A stretch of 64,000 nt of DNA. Source: a virus. A program made the translations under genes and the position numbers. A model generated the notes under the pieces. It did no database searches. It worked only from the letters and a program-made list of their open reading frames with translations, and was not told the origin of the DNA. Location: positions 1-64,000 of the IMG/VR virus record IMGVR_UViG_3300027763_000001; one strand, 5' to 3'. Positions 8,354-17,437 of the stretch are shown piece by piece (the stretch's first letter is position 1; each line of letters opens with the position of its first letter).

Positions 8354-8970
8354 TGGCCCGCCAGCGCAGCGGTTGGTACCTGGGCGAAGGCTTTCACGCC
8401 GAAGTGGCAATGGGCAAGCCCTGCCTGTTCGCTCGCCACAGCCACGGTGCTCGGGACTACCGCAGTCAGCGCTACACGGACACTCAGGCCTGTGTTCAGT
8501 GCGTTGCAGAGCTGGTTCGGCCGACTCTGAACCTGGACGTCAACGCAGTTCTGCGCTCCTACCAGTTGCACTATCTGGAGTTCTGGGCCCTGGTTGACGT
8601 GCGCGGGGCGGATGATTGCTGGGAGCACCAGAACCGAGTCCTGGATTACGGCCGCAGCAGCTGGTCTCTAAGCGTGCGTCGCCCCACCTGGCTTGCTGGC
8701 GGGCAGACACGCATTGCTCCCTACCGGGTCGCGTCCTGGTTCTCCTGGGGGGACACGGGCGCGCTGGAGGTCAAGCCGGTTTGCGGTAACCGTGCCTGCT
8801 GTAATCCTTTGCATCTGCGAGTGGTGCACGTTCCCCACTTTCACCGGGCGGCCACGATCGATCGAGTCGATCTATGCCTTCAAGTTGAGCAGCACCAGAG
8901 CTACACCAGCAAGTTGTTGCAACGGAGCACAGGGCGGGTTACCGTAGAATCCAGCTCTGCCTCTCTGTGA
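8353..8970 (+). CDS. Degenerate HNH/His-Cys-type zinc-binding protein
   Basis: CWE...YRVASWFSWG...VCGNRACCNPLHL, plus an N-terminal C...H...CVQC. Confidence 0.65.
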   Translation: MARQRSGWYLGEGFHAEVAMGKPCLFARHSHGARDYRSQRYTDTQACVQCVAELVRPTLNLDVNAVLRSYQLHYLEFWALVDVRGADDCWEHQNRVLDYGRSSWSLSVRRPTWLAGGQTRIAPYRVASWFSWGDTGALEVKPVCGNRACCNPLHLRVVHVPHFHRAATIDRVDLCLQVEQHQSYTSKLLQRSTGRVTVESSSASL

Positions 8971-9611
8971 CCATGGGCTGGACCTCCGACGATTACGAAA
9001 GAAGCATCGGACTGAAGGGCGGGCAGGAGCTCCGCAATCCGGGATCGGACAACGCTCGGTTTCGGGCCGATCTCCAGAACTCCCAGTACCAGGCAACCGC
9101 CAGGCAGCTTGGAATCAAGAGCCTGGACAGCGCCAATGACCTGGCCAAGGTCATCAGCCATCTCAACAGCCAGAAGCAGTCCACATCTCCTGTGACCCCC
9201 AGTGGCGCCGGCGGCTCTCCTGCGGCCCAAGCCACTACCGCCACCAAGGACCGGGCTGAGGCTTCTTATCGCGAGTCTCTTCCTGCCACCACTCCAAAAC
9301 AGAACCCCTGGATTCCCCTCAAGTTCGGAGGCGGCACCGGGGACGAAGCCCATAATTCCCAGGCCCGCTCCAACAACGCCAACCTGGCCACCCAGGGGAT
9401 GCTGGACGCGGCCCGCGCCACCCAGGAGAGCACTACCAAGTCGGCCGATCGCTTCGACGCGATGGCCTTCAACTCATCCCAATGGATGGCGGATATTGAC
9501 AGCCGTAACATGAGCGCCCTGTCCCCGAACCTCGCCCTGCCGAAGAATCCGACTGAAGCCCTGCAGGGGTTCTATGACGACATTTCCAGCAAAATGAAGA
9601 GCTACCTGTAA
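8967..9611 (+). CDS. Hypothetical low-complexity protein, possibly virion-associated
   Basis: GTGA coupling; Ser/Ala/Gln-rich. Confidence 0.55.
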   Translation: MTMGWTSDDYERSIGLKGGQELRNPGSDNARFRADLQNSQYQATARQLGIKSLDSANDLAKVISHLNSQKQSTSPVTPSGAGGSPAAQATTATKDRAEASYRESLPATTPKQNPWIPLKFGGGTGDEAHNSQARSNNANLATQGMLDAARATQESTTKSADRFDAMAFNSSQWMADIDSRNMSALSPNLALPKNPTEALQGFYDDISSKMKSYL

Positions 9612-9617
9612 GCGGTC

Positions 9618-9646
9618 TTGCCTGGCTCAAAGTGTGTCTGTATAGT
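9618..9646 (+). promoter_or_regulatory. Sigma70-type promoter of thyX
   Basis: TTGCCT-N17-TATAGT. Confidence 0.6.
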
Positions 9647-9667
9647 GCAGCGAGTCGCAACCTCCCC

Positions 9668-10432
9668 TTGTCCGAACTGCAGGCGCCCGACCGCCTTTTA
9701 CTGCAGGCGCCCGACCGCCTTTTTCGCGTGGTCCGCCTGGATCACTCCACCAAGCCCCAGACCCTGGCTTGGCAAGCGATGCACCAGGACTACAGCGAAG
9801 AAGCCGTTGCCGATGAGCCGGTCCCGGGCAGCGAGCAGGAGGCCGGCGAAATTCTTGTCAAGCACTTGCTCAAGGGCGAGAAGGGTCACTACGGCCCCCT
9901 TGAGCACCCGTCGATCACCTTCAACGTCATCGGCTTCCCTCACGACCTGATGCAGCAGGCCCGCACTCATCGGGTCGGGGTTTCGTTCGATGTGCAATCC
10001 GGAAGGTACACATCTCAGAGAATTGTCGACGTGGTCACAGGCAAGCGTCCACTGGAGGAGGTGTTCTATCTGCGCCCGGTCGGGACCTACCACGACCGCT
10101 TCGGGAAGAAGTATGACTACAGCGAGCACGACCGGGAGTGTGACTTCGGGGCCTGCGTTGGACTGGCGACCACCTTTGCCGTCAAGATTGATCTCGGCAT
10201 GGCTGAAGAACACGCCCGGGGCCTGATTCCCTACTGCATCCGTCAGCATTTTGTTGTGAGCTTCAACGCTCGTTCTTTGATGCACTTTATGGATCTGAGG
10301 GCTAAGGCCGACGCCCAGCTGGAGATCCGCCAGCTGTCCGCGATGCTCTTTGCTGAGTTCAAGGATTGGGTTCCCCAGATCGCTGAGTATTACGAAACCA
10401 AACGCCTGGGCAGAGCCCTGCTGGCCCCGTGA
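9668..10432 (+). CDS. thyX: FAD-dependent thymidylate synthase
   Basis: GHYGPLEH, RTHRVGVSFDVQSGRY, LRAKADAQLEIR. TTG start at 9668 is inferred from the promoter position. Confidence 0.93.
   Translation: MSELQAPDRLLLQAPDRLFRVVRLDHSTKPQTLAWQAMHQDYSEEAVADEPVPGSEQEAGEILVKHLLKGEKGHYGPLEHPSITFNVIGFPHDLMQQARTHRVGVSFDVQSGRYTSQRIVDVVTGKRPLEEVFYLRPVGTYHDRFGKKYDYSEHDRECDFGACVGLATTFAVKIDLGMAEEHARGLIPYCIRQHFVVSFNARSLMHFMDLRAKADAQLEIRQLSAMLFAEFKDWVPQIAEYYETKRLGRALLAP
9676..9723 (+). repeat. Perfect 24-bp tandem duplication in the thyX 5' end
   Basis: ACTGCAGGCGCCCGACCGCCTTTT x2. Confidence 0.9.
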
Positions 10433-10590
10433 TCGACCACAGCTGGATGGAGAACGTGCTTTGTTGTAGCGACGCCCGGATCAATGCCGCTTACGCCGAT
10501 GAAGATGGCGAGCGAGCTGAGCGGGAGATGGATGCGGCTTGGTTGCTTGATCCAGTTCGATTTGTTTCCACTTCCTTTGACTGCCCCTGA
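10429..10590 (+). CDS. Small acidic hypothetical protein (53 aa, not in ORF track)
   Basis: GTGA overlap with the thyX stop; fills the gap up to the next ATG at 10593. Confidence 0.5.
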   Translation: MIDHSWMENVLCCSDARINAAYADEDGERAEREMDAAWLLDPVRFVSTSFDCP

Positions 10591-10592
10591 TC

Positions 10593-11027
10593 ATGCCCCG
10601 CCTCAATCAAGAGCAAATTCTTCACCAGTTCTTCCCCGACATTTACACCTCTCCAAAGTTCGAGGTGATGCGCCGTATTGGCACTATGGCCTGCCGGCTG
10701 GTGCTGCTCGACATGCTGGGCTCCTACGAAAACGCTCGGGCCGAGCGCGGGCCTGGCGCCTTGGTGATTCGCATGGTCGAGGGCAAGCGCGACGCTGTCT
10801 ATCTCTCGGTTGACGACTTTGACTCCGACCTGTCCATTGCCACTCAGGACGGCGATGTAGGCGCTTGCTCTTTTTTCTCAAGCATTCTCGGCGAGATCGC
10901 CAGCCTCAACCACGACACCCACGCCTTGTTCGTGATGGTCGAGAGCCAGGGCGCCTCTTGCGTGGCCGTGCCTTTCGAGGCGCCTGAGCGAGCGATCGCT
11001 GAGATGCTCAAGGAGGCTGCCCGTTGA
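10593..11027 (+). CDS. Hypothetical protein
   Basis: Protein-like composition; overlaps the next gene by 4 nt. Confidence 0.65.
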   Translation: MPRLNQEQILHQFFPDIYTSPKFEVMRRIGTMACRLVLLDMLGSYENARAERGPGALVIRMVEGKRDAVYLSVDDFDSDLSIATQDGDVGACSFFSSILGEIASLNHDTHALFVMVESQGASCVAVPFEAPERAIAEMLKEAAR

Positions 11028-11677
11028 GCCGGCCCAGCCGCGGCCGGATCCCGGAGCACAGCGAGTACATCGCCAGTGCTCCGCCCGATGACTTCGTCAC
11101 CGCCAGCCGGGCGGCCATGGGCGGGATCGACCTGGATCCCTACTCCACCAAGCTGAACAACGGCTTGATCGGTGCCCGCACCATCTACAACACCAAGGAG
11201 CAGTCTCTCGATGAGATCCTGCAGCGTGAGTGGGGCCCGGTGGGCCAGGGCCGCACCATGGTTTTCTGCCCCAGTGGCATGGACCCCAATCGCCGAATGC
11301 TCCACAAGCTGCTGGAGGAGTACCGCGCTGGGCGGGTCAAGCAGGCCACCATCCTGCTGACCAACAGCGAGAGCGCCACTAAGTGCCCTTGGATCTGGGA
11401 CTTCCCTGTTTGCCTCCCTTTCCGCCGGCCGCGGGTGCGCTGGTGGAACAGCGAGCTGGGGCGCTTTGATACCTACACCCCGCCCCACTGGGGCTTTGTG
11501 GCCTTCTTCCCGCCCGCCGAAAGTTCAGCGTTTCTTGAGGGCCTCAACAGCTTCCATGCCGCCTTCTCTCCGATCGGGCGGATCGTCTTCAACGAACTCA
11601 GCGGCGACCAGACCTGGCAGACTCACTACCGCCAGCTGTACCGGAAGGGCTATTCCTTCCGCCCCCACGAGAAGTGA
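11024..11677 (+). CDS. Phage N6-adenine methyltransferase-like protein with a non-canonical catalytic motif
   Basis: GGIDLDPYS...N...A and KLLEEY..G.V..A..L match phage Dam-like MTases; the NPPY position reads FCPSG. Confidence 0.65.
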   Translation: MSRPSRGRIPEHSEYIASAPPDDFVTASRAAMGGIDLDPYSTKLNNGLIGARTIYNTKEQSLDEILQREWGPVGQGRTMVFCPSGMDPNRRMLHKLLEEYRAGRVKQATILLTNSESATKCPWIWDFPVCLPFRRPRVRWWNSELGRFDTYTPPHWGFVAFFPPAESSAFLEGLNSFHAAFSPIGRIVFNELSGDQTWQTHYRQLYRKGYSFRPHEK

Positions 11678-12102
11678 GCCCGCCCCTGCACAGTTTCCGG
11701 TTTTCGACCGGCCGCCACTGCCCTCTGGATCGCGCCATCGTCTTCAATAGCAGCCTCACCTGGCGGCAGGCACTGCCCAAGGCTCTTCACCATCACCCTT
11801 CCCTCGTCCTACGCCGGGAGCAGGTGGAGGGCATTGCCAGGCTGGCCCGGGCCTTGAAGAACCTGGAGCCGACCAAGCCGCGCAGCAGGCACTGGGGTCC
11901 GGCCTGGTGGCACGTTTTTCAGTGGTGGGATCCGGCTTTCAAGGACTGGAGCAGCGGCCGGCGCGCCTTGATTACCCCCCGCTGCCATACTCCGCAGGAA
12001 GCGATACAGCTGCTCGAAGCGTCGCCATTGCGAGCCGTCCTTCGGGGCGGGGAGATTGAGGTGCTGATCCCGCGCCGCCCTAGCCGCCAAAGCGGTCTTT
12101 GA
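11674..12102 (+). CDS. Hypothetical protein
   Basis: GTGA coupling; weak resemblance to a peptidase M15 scaffold without metal ligands. Confidence 0.5.
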   Translation: MSPPLHSFRFSTGRHCPLDRAIVFNSSLTWRQALPKALHHHPSLVLRREQVEGIARLARALKNLEPTKPRSRHWGPAWWHVFQWWDPAFKDWSSGRRALITPRCHTPQEAIQLLEASPLRAVLRGGEIEVLIPRRPSRQSGL

Positions 12103-12340
12103 CTTCTTGGCGGCTGTCTTCAAATACTGCGTTCCCCTCTCGGCGCTCCGCCCCGCGCAGGGCCGAAGTGATGCCCCGCCTCCGGGCCGCTTCCACCGGA
12201 TCGGGCCGCCCCGTGCTGCCGCCCATCACCGCCGCTTGCCGGTTGTCACGGGCGGCTCGCTGCAGGTAAGCCCCAATCAGTCGCTGGCTGCCAGCGCCTC
12301 GATCAACGGCATCGCGAGTCTCGCGGTAACGGCGATCCAT
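12080..12340 (-). CDS. Hypothetical Arg-rich protein
   Basis: ATG MDRRYRETR; occupies the region wrongly included in the long NrdJ ORF extension. Confidence 0.5.
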   Translation of the reverse strand: MDRRYRETRDAVDRGAGSQRLIGAYLQRAARDNRQAAVMGGSTGRPDPVEAARRRGITSALRGAERREGNAVFEDSRQEVKDRFGG

Positions 12341-12418
12341 GGCATTGAAATTTGCAATTCGCAAGGGCGCGGAACGCCCGCTGTGGCTCTAGGTTACCCA
12401 AGCCGCACCCGCCACTTT

Positions 12419-15400
12419 ATGCACCCTTTCAGTGACCCCTTTCCCGCCGACGCCCGGTCTGCTTACCCTCTGTTCTATCGCTCCTACTCCCGCCGCCTGG
12501 ATGACGGCAGCCGTGAATCCTGGGAGCAGGTAGTTGAGCGCAATCTCAGCGCCCTGGTTGAGCTGGGTCGACTGAACCCTGAGCAAGAAGCCCTGCTGCG
12601 CCGGCACCAGCTGGACCTCACATCCCTGCCTTCGGGGCGCTGGCTCTGGGTTGGTGGCACCCCCTGGGCCGCCGACCAGCGCAACTTCTATGGCGCATAC
12701 AACTGCAGTTCGGTCCACGTCGACCAGCTCAGCGCTTTCGGGCTGCTGATGGACCTGGCGATGCAAGGAACCGGCACTGGTGCGGTGCTCACCCGGGCCA
12801 ATGTCGATCGGCTGCCGAAGGTTGTCAACCGGCTGGAGATCGACTACCGCGGCTCCCTGGGTTCAGCTGCCCCGGATGAGCGCAGTCCTCGCACGGCGGC
12901 AAGGCTTGTTGACTGCGAGCATCTCCTGATCAAGGTCGGCGATTCTCGCGATGGCTGGGTCACTTCCTACCAGAAGCTCATCCAGCTTGCCTGCGGCGTC
13001 GGGTTTTTCAGTACCTCTGGCGCTATCAAGATCACGATCGACCTGAGCTGGGTGCGCCCACCTGGCGAGCGGCTCAAGGGCTTCGGTGGGGTGGCCAACC
13101 CCTCGGCCCTCCCTGAGATGTATGCCCGGGTGACAGGGATCCTGAACCGCGCCATTGGCCGCCAGCTCACGCCCCTGGAGTGCTGCCTGATCATCGACGA
13201 GGCCGCCCGCTGCGTCGTGGCCGGCAACATCCGCCGCAGCGCCGGCATGCGTCAGTTCGACGAAGACGACCTTGAGGCCGCCGGCGCCAAGCGCAATCTC
13301 TGGGGCCAGGACGAGCAGGGCCACTGGGCGATCGATCCGGAGCGCGACGCATTGCGGATGGCCAATCACACCCGGCTCTTTCACCGCAAGCCCACCCGCG
13401 GCGAAGTGCTCGAAGCGGTGCGCAGCCAGCACGCTTGCGGCGAGGGGGCTATCCAGTTCACCCCTGAAGCCCTGGCCCGGGCCAATGCCGACATCCTCAG
13501 GCCCCAGTGGTTGAAGGAGAACTTTCTTGCAGTGATTGAAGAAGGCGGGCTAGAGGACGGCGCCAAAGGTCTTGCAATAATCCTGTTCGGCACGGGCGAT
13601 CTCGATGATCTCGATCCCGAGCAGCGCCGGGAGTTGAGCCACCGCATGAGCAGGTTTGGGCTCAACCCGTGCCTGACGGGAGACACCCGGATCTTGACTG
13701 TGCACCAGGGGCCGAAGTCCTTCCAAGAGCTGGCCGAGGCTGGCGAAGACGTTCTGGTGTGGTGCATCGACCTTGAGTCGAACGCGGCCTCGGTCCAGAT
13801 GATGCGAAACCCGCGAGTCACCGGCTACGACCAGCCAGTCCTGGAGATTGAGTTCGATTCCGGTCTCAAGGTGCGCGCCACCCCGGAGCACCACTTCTTC
13901 ACTCTGCAGCGCAACAAGGTGCAAGCCAAAGACCTCAAGCCCGGCCAGTCCGTCTCGGCTTTCGCGATTCATCAGCACCGCGACGGTCACCTGCGCATCA
14001 CTCGCAACGACAGGACCCGCGACGCCGTGCGGCAGCAGGTCTGCCACCGGATCATCGCCGAGCACTACGGCATCGCCGGCGAGGTGATCCACCGCCTGGA
14101 TCACGATCCCACCAGCAACCACCCCGACAACATGGCGGGTGTCACCTCCCTGGAGCACCAGCAGGAGCACTATCCCGATCGAGTCCGCGGCGGCTTCTAT
14201 CACGGCACTCCCGGGGGCCGGGCCAAGGAGATCGTCGCCAACCACAAGGTGGTGGCCGTGCGCGAGGCCGGCACTGCGACGGTCTACAACGGCACGGTCG
14301 ATGAGCACCACAACTATGTGGTGGTCGATCCCAGCGCCGTGGGCAAGTCCTTCGTCTCTGGCGTGCTGTCGGCCAACTGTGGTGAGATAATCGGCTCCGA
14401 CTTCCTGTGCAACCTCGCTGAAGTCCACCTCAACCGGCTCGACCCCAACGACTCCGGAGCGGTCGAGGAGGCCTTCCGCGCCGCTGCGCTCACGGTGTCT
14501 GTGCTGCTCCACCACCGCTTCCGCGACGAGCGGATGCAGGAAGCCCGGCTGCGAGACCCGATTGTCGGGGTGAGCTTCACTGGCCTGTTCGATTACTTTG
14601 TGCGCGCGCTGGGCGTCGACTGGCTGCGCTGGTGGGCCGAAGGCCGCCCGCCCCACGCCCAGGGGGCAGCGTTTTCCGCCTACGAGGTCAAAACCTTGCG
14701 TCGCTTCCGCGCCGTCGTCGAGGAGGAGGTGGCGACCTACTGCGAGGCCCACGGCCTGAAGGTCCCCAACCGCTGCACCACCGTGCAGCCCGCTGGCTGC
14801 CTGGGGCTCGACGCGGTGCGCGTCACCAGTCGGGGGCTGCTGCTGTTCGACGAAGCGAAACTGCTTTCGGCTTGGCATCAGGACGATCCCCTGCTTATTC
14901 GCGGCACGCTGCCTGTGGTCGACACTGTGCGCAACGAGCCCAGGCCCGCCCTGCGTCTCACCCTGGTCAGCGGCCGGCAGATCGCCTGCACCCCGGACCA
15001 CCGTTTCTGGGTAGAGAGCATGGGCTGGGTTCAAGCTCAAGCTCTTCGGATCGGCCACGAGCTTCAAGCTTCCCCAGGAGAACACTCCGGCCGACCTGTT
15101 GCTACCCAGCAGCTGGAGGAGTCTGAGATGACCCCGGCCAAAGCCCCAAGCTCCCTGACGCCAGGACTGGCCTACGTGGCCGGGGTCTCGCTGATCAAGA
15201 ACCCCGCCCGGGTCACCTGGCCGGCCCTGCGCAACATGGCTCCTGACTGCTTGCACTTCTCCTTTCCTCTCACGGAGGGGGCGGCCGCAGACCGCCTGAA
15301 CGAGTGGTTCGAGGACCTGTTTGAGACACCGCTCAAGCGGCGACTCTCGGGCCACACCATTCACCTGTTCAGCCGCGAGGCCCCCTTGCGCCGCTGGCTG

Positions 15401-16558
15401 GAGACCAACGGCCTCCTGATCGCCGATGCCCCTGAGACAGACCGGCTGCCTTTGTCCTTGCGCCAGTCCACTGCCAGTGCGATTCGTTCGTTCTTTGCGG
15501 GACTGATTGATGCGACGGCCAGCAAGATACGAAATCAGCCGCCTGTCATCAAGATCCAAAGCGAGCCCCTTGCCCGCCACCTCCAGCAGGTAGGGGAGGC
15601 CGTGGGCCTGGTCTTCCGCCTGCAGCGCCACCAGAACGGCAAAAAACCCTACTGGAAGCTGACCCTTTCGCGGTTCTGGAGCACTGCTCCAGCCCTGGAC
15701 TATTTGGCCACTTACAGCCTCCACTGCCAGGGACGGGATATGCGCAAGACGCATAACTGCTTCGGGCACCATTACTGGCAGGTGGCCGCTATCGAGCAGA
15801 TCGAAAATACCGCCACCGCAGACATCTGCTTGGACGCTGATGACGACGATGCCTGGTACTGGGCAGGTGCCATCAAGAGCCACAACAGTAAGTCATTGTT
15901 GACTAATGCCTCCCCGGGCTGGCACCCGCCCAAGGCCCCCTACTACATTCGCCGGATCACCTTCGCCAAGGACGACCCGATTGCTTTGGCCTGCCTGGCC
16001 TATGGCTACCCTGTCGTCCCATCTCAGTCCGACAAGGACGAGAGCGGCAGGTTGCTCAGCGACCCGCACGACCCGCGTTGCACCGAGTGGCTGGTGGAGA
16101 TTCCCACTGCCACGCCCTGGGCGGAGCTGGAGGGGGCGGCCGAGATCGACACCGGCAAATTCCCCGCCCTGGCTCAGTTTGACTTCTACATGAACGTGCA
16201 GAAGCACTACTCGGGGCACAACACCAGTGCCACTTTGGAGCTCGCTGAGACCGAGATTGAGCCACTCGCCACGGCCATCCACACGGCCATCGACACGGAC
16301 CAGGGATACATCTCGGCCGCTCTGCTGGCCCGCTTCGATGACAAGGAGACCTTCCCGCGGATGCCGTTTGAGCCGATCAGCAAGGAGCGCTACGAGGCGC
16401 TCTGCGCTGAAGTTGAGCAACGCCGCACCAACGACTGCTTTTTTGAGGCTCTGGCTCACTTCGACAGCAAAGCAGTCGGCGGAGCCCCCCAAGCGGAGGG
16501 CCCTGCCGGCTGCGATAGCGACAGGTGCCTGATGCCGGAGGCCGGGCCCGGAGTCTGA
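12419..16558 (+). CDS. nrdJ: Class II (AdoCbl-dependent) ribonucleoside-triphosphate reductase with two inteins
   Basis: FYRSYSR, PSGRWLWVGG, AYNC, DSRDGW, GNIRRSA, NP-[intein]-CGE, TTVQPAG-[intein]-SKSLL, HNTSAT and C-terminal CDSDRC. Start MHPFSDPF. Confidence 0.95.
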   Translation: MHPFSDPFPADARSAYPLFYRSYSRRLDDGSRESWEQVVERNLSALVELGRLNPEQEALLRRHQLDLTSLPSGRWLWVGGTPWAADQRNFYGAYNCSSVHVDQLSAFGLLMDLAMQGTGTGAVLTRANVDRLPKVVNRLEIDYRGSLGSAAPDERSPRTAARLVDCEHLLIKVGDSRDGWVTSYQKLIQLACGVGFFSTSGAIKITIDLSWVRPPGERLKGFGGVANPSALPEMYARVTGILNRAIGRQLTPLECCLIIDEAARCVVAGNIRRSAGMRQFDEDDLEAAGAKRNLWGQDEQGHWAIDPERDALRMANHTRLFHRKPTRGEVLEAVRSQHACGEGAIQFTPEALARANADILRPQWLKENFLAVIEEGGLEDGAKGLAIILFGTGDLDDLDPEQRRELSHRMSRFGLNPCLTGDTRILTVHQGPKSFQELAEAGEDVLVWCIDLESNAASVQMMRNPRVTGYDQPVLEIEFDSGLKVRATPEHHFFTLQRNKVQAKDLKPGQSVSAFAIHQHRDGHLRITRNDRTRDAVRQQVCHRIIAEHYGIAGEVIHRLDHDPTSNHPDNMAGVTSLEHQQEHYPDRVRGGFYHGTPGGRAKEIVANHKVVAVREAGTATVYNGTVDEHHNYVVVDPSAVGKSFVSGVLSANCGEIIGSDFLCNLAEVHLNRLDPNDSGAVEEAFRAAALTVSVLLHHRFRDERMQEARLRDPIVGVSFTGLFDYFVRALGVDWLRWWAEGRPPHAQGAAFSAYEVKTLRRFRAVVEEEVATYCEAHGLKVPNRCTTVQPAGCLGLDAVRVTSRGLLLFDEAKLLSAWHQDDPLLIRGTLPVVDTVRNEPRPALRLTLVSGRQIACTPDHRFWVESMGWVQAQALRIGHELQASPGEHSGRPVATQQLEESEMTPAKAPSSLTPGLAYVAGVSLIKNPARVTWPALRNMAPDCLHFSFPLTEGAAADRLNEWFEDLFETPLKRRLSGHTIHLFSREAPLRRWLETNGLLIADAPETDRLPLSLRQSTASAIRSFFAGLIDATASKIRNQPPVIKIQSEPLARHLQQVGEAVGLVFRLQRHQNGKKPYWKLTLSRFWSTAPALDYLATYSLHCQGRDMRKTHNCFGHHYWQVAAIEQIENTATADICLDADDDDAWYWAGAIKSHNSKSLLTNASPGWHPPKAPYYIRRITFAKDDPIALACLAYGYPVVPSQSDKDESGRLLSDPHDPRCTEWLVEIPTATPWAELEGAAEIDTGKFPALAQFDFYMNVQKHYSGHNTSATLELAETEIEPLATAIHTAIDTDQGYISAALLARFDDKETFPRMPFEPISKERYEALCAEVEQRRTNDCFFEALAHFDSKAVGGAPQAEGPAGCDSDRCLMPEAGPGV
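13670..14377 (+). mobile_element. Intein 1 in NrdJ (236 aa) with an HNH-type domain
   Basis: Starts CLTGDT; block B ATPEHHF; ends ...LSAN before the catalytic Cys of NPCGE; internal HRII...IHRLDHDPTSNHPDNM. Confidence 0.9.
14798..15886 (+). mobile_element. Intein 2 in NrdJ (363 aa) with a degenerate LAGLIDADG domain
   Basis: Starts CLGLDA; CTPDHRF; FFAGLIDATA; ends KSHN before Ser. Confidence 0.9.
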
Positions 16559-16903
16559 TCAGAGCCCCCGCTCGTCGAGGTCCTCGTCCTCCCTCACCTG
16601 GTGGGCGAGGACGATTCCCTCTTTGTCGACCGCGCAAGCCGTCACCGTAATAGCCATCGGCTCTGCAGCAGTGGAACGGAGAAACCCCGCGCAAGACCAC
16701 AGCACCGCTTCGACTGCGTCGGGGCCGAGCAGTTCTCGGTTGCCGATGCGTGACGCCAGTTTTTCCAGCTGCGCGGCCAGCAAGCCGGCTTCACTGCCGC
16801 TGGGAACCTGGCGGTACGGGAAGAGTGCCAATGCGGCGTTTCGCCCGGACGTCTCGAAGGCCATCCCCATCCCACTGGGGAAATTGATATGAGCCTGACT
16901 CAT
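16559..16903 (-). CDS. Hypothetical protein
   Basis: ATGA coupling with the upstream gene. Confidence 0.55.
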   Translation of the reverse strand: MSQAHINFPSGMGMAFETSGRNAALALFPYRQVPSGSEAGLLAAQLEKLASRIGNRELLGPDAVEAVLWSCAGFLRSTAAEPMAITVTACAVDKEGIVLAHQVREDEDLDERGL

Positions 16904-17379
16904 TCCAGCCCCAGCTGCTGATTTATTTGATCCATCTGCTGGCGCATGGATCCGATCACCGCGACCAGCTGGTCTGTGTTGACCCCGCTCAAGGCGGTCG
17001 CCGGCGCTGATCCCGCCGTTCCGGGTGCTGGATTGAGCGGTCCGCGAACCATTCCGCTGCCGCTTAATTTCGCCACGGTCTCCCCCAGGGCCAAGCCCAA
17101 CTCGTCGCGGGTGACCACCTCTTGCAGCACTGGCTTCAGTTGCTCGCGAGTGACCGCAGAAGCTCTCAACTGTTGAAGCGTCTGAAGGAAGGGCGTCAGT
17201 TCGTCGCGGGTGGGGCGCTGGTCGATTCCGTAACGCAGGTCTTGGATCACCCGGCCAGTGTCCTGCACGGAGTTGATATGGTCCCGGCGCAAGCGAGAAG
17301 TCGAAAGCCGCCCGCCAAAAAAGCCGCCAGCCCCGCCGACAACAAGTGCCACCGCGCCAGAGAGAAGGTAAGTGAGCAT
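16900..17379 (-). CDS. Membrane-anchored coiled-coil protein
   Basis: N-terminal TM segment (YLLSGAVALVVGGAGGFFGG); TRDEL/TREQL repeats. Confidence 0.6.
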   Translation of the reverse strand: MLTYLLSGAVALVVGGAGGFFGGRLSTSRLRRDHINSVQDTGRVIQDLRYGIDQRPTRDELTPFLQTLQQLRASAVTREQLKPVLQEVVTRDELGLALGETVAKLSGSGMVRGPLNPAPGTAGSAPATALSGVNTDQLVAVIGSMRQQMDQINQQLGLE

Positions 17380-17437
17380 AAAGAGGAATCAGAGGCTGCC
17401 AGGTGCAGCAGGCAGCGTGAACTCTACCGCTCTTGAC

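Noticed and set aside
12107-12418. 104-codon N-terminal extension of NrdJ in the ORF track
   Set aside because: RNR homology begins at MHPFSDPF (12419), and the extension overlaps a plausible minus-strand gene.
13550-15883. 777-aa minus-strand ORF
   Set aside because: Antisense shadow of NrdJ caused by GC-rich codon bias; no motifs.
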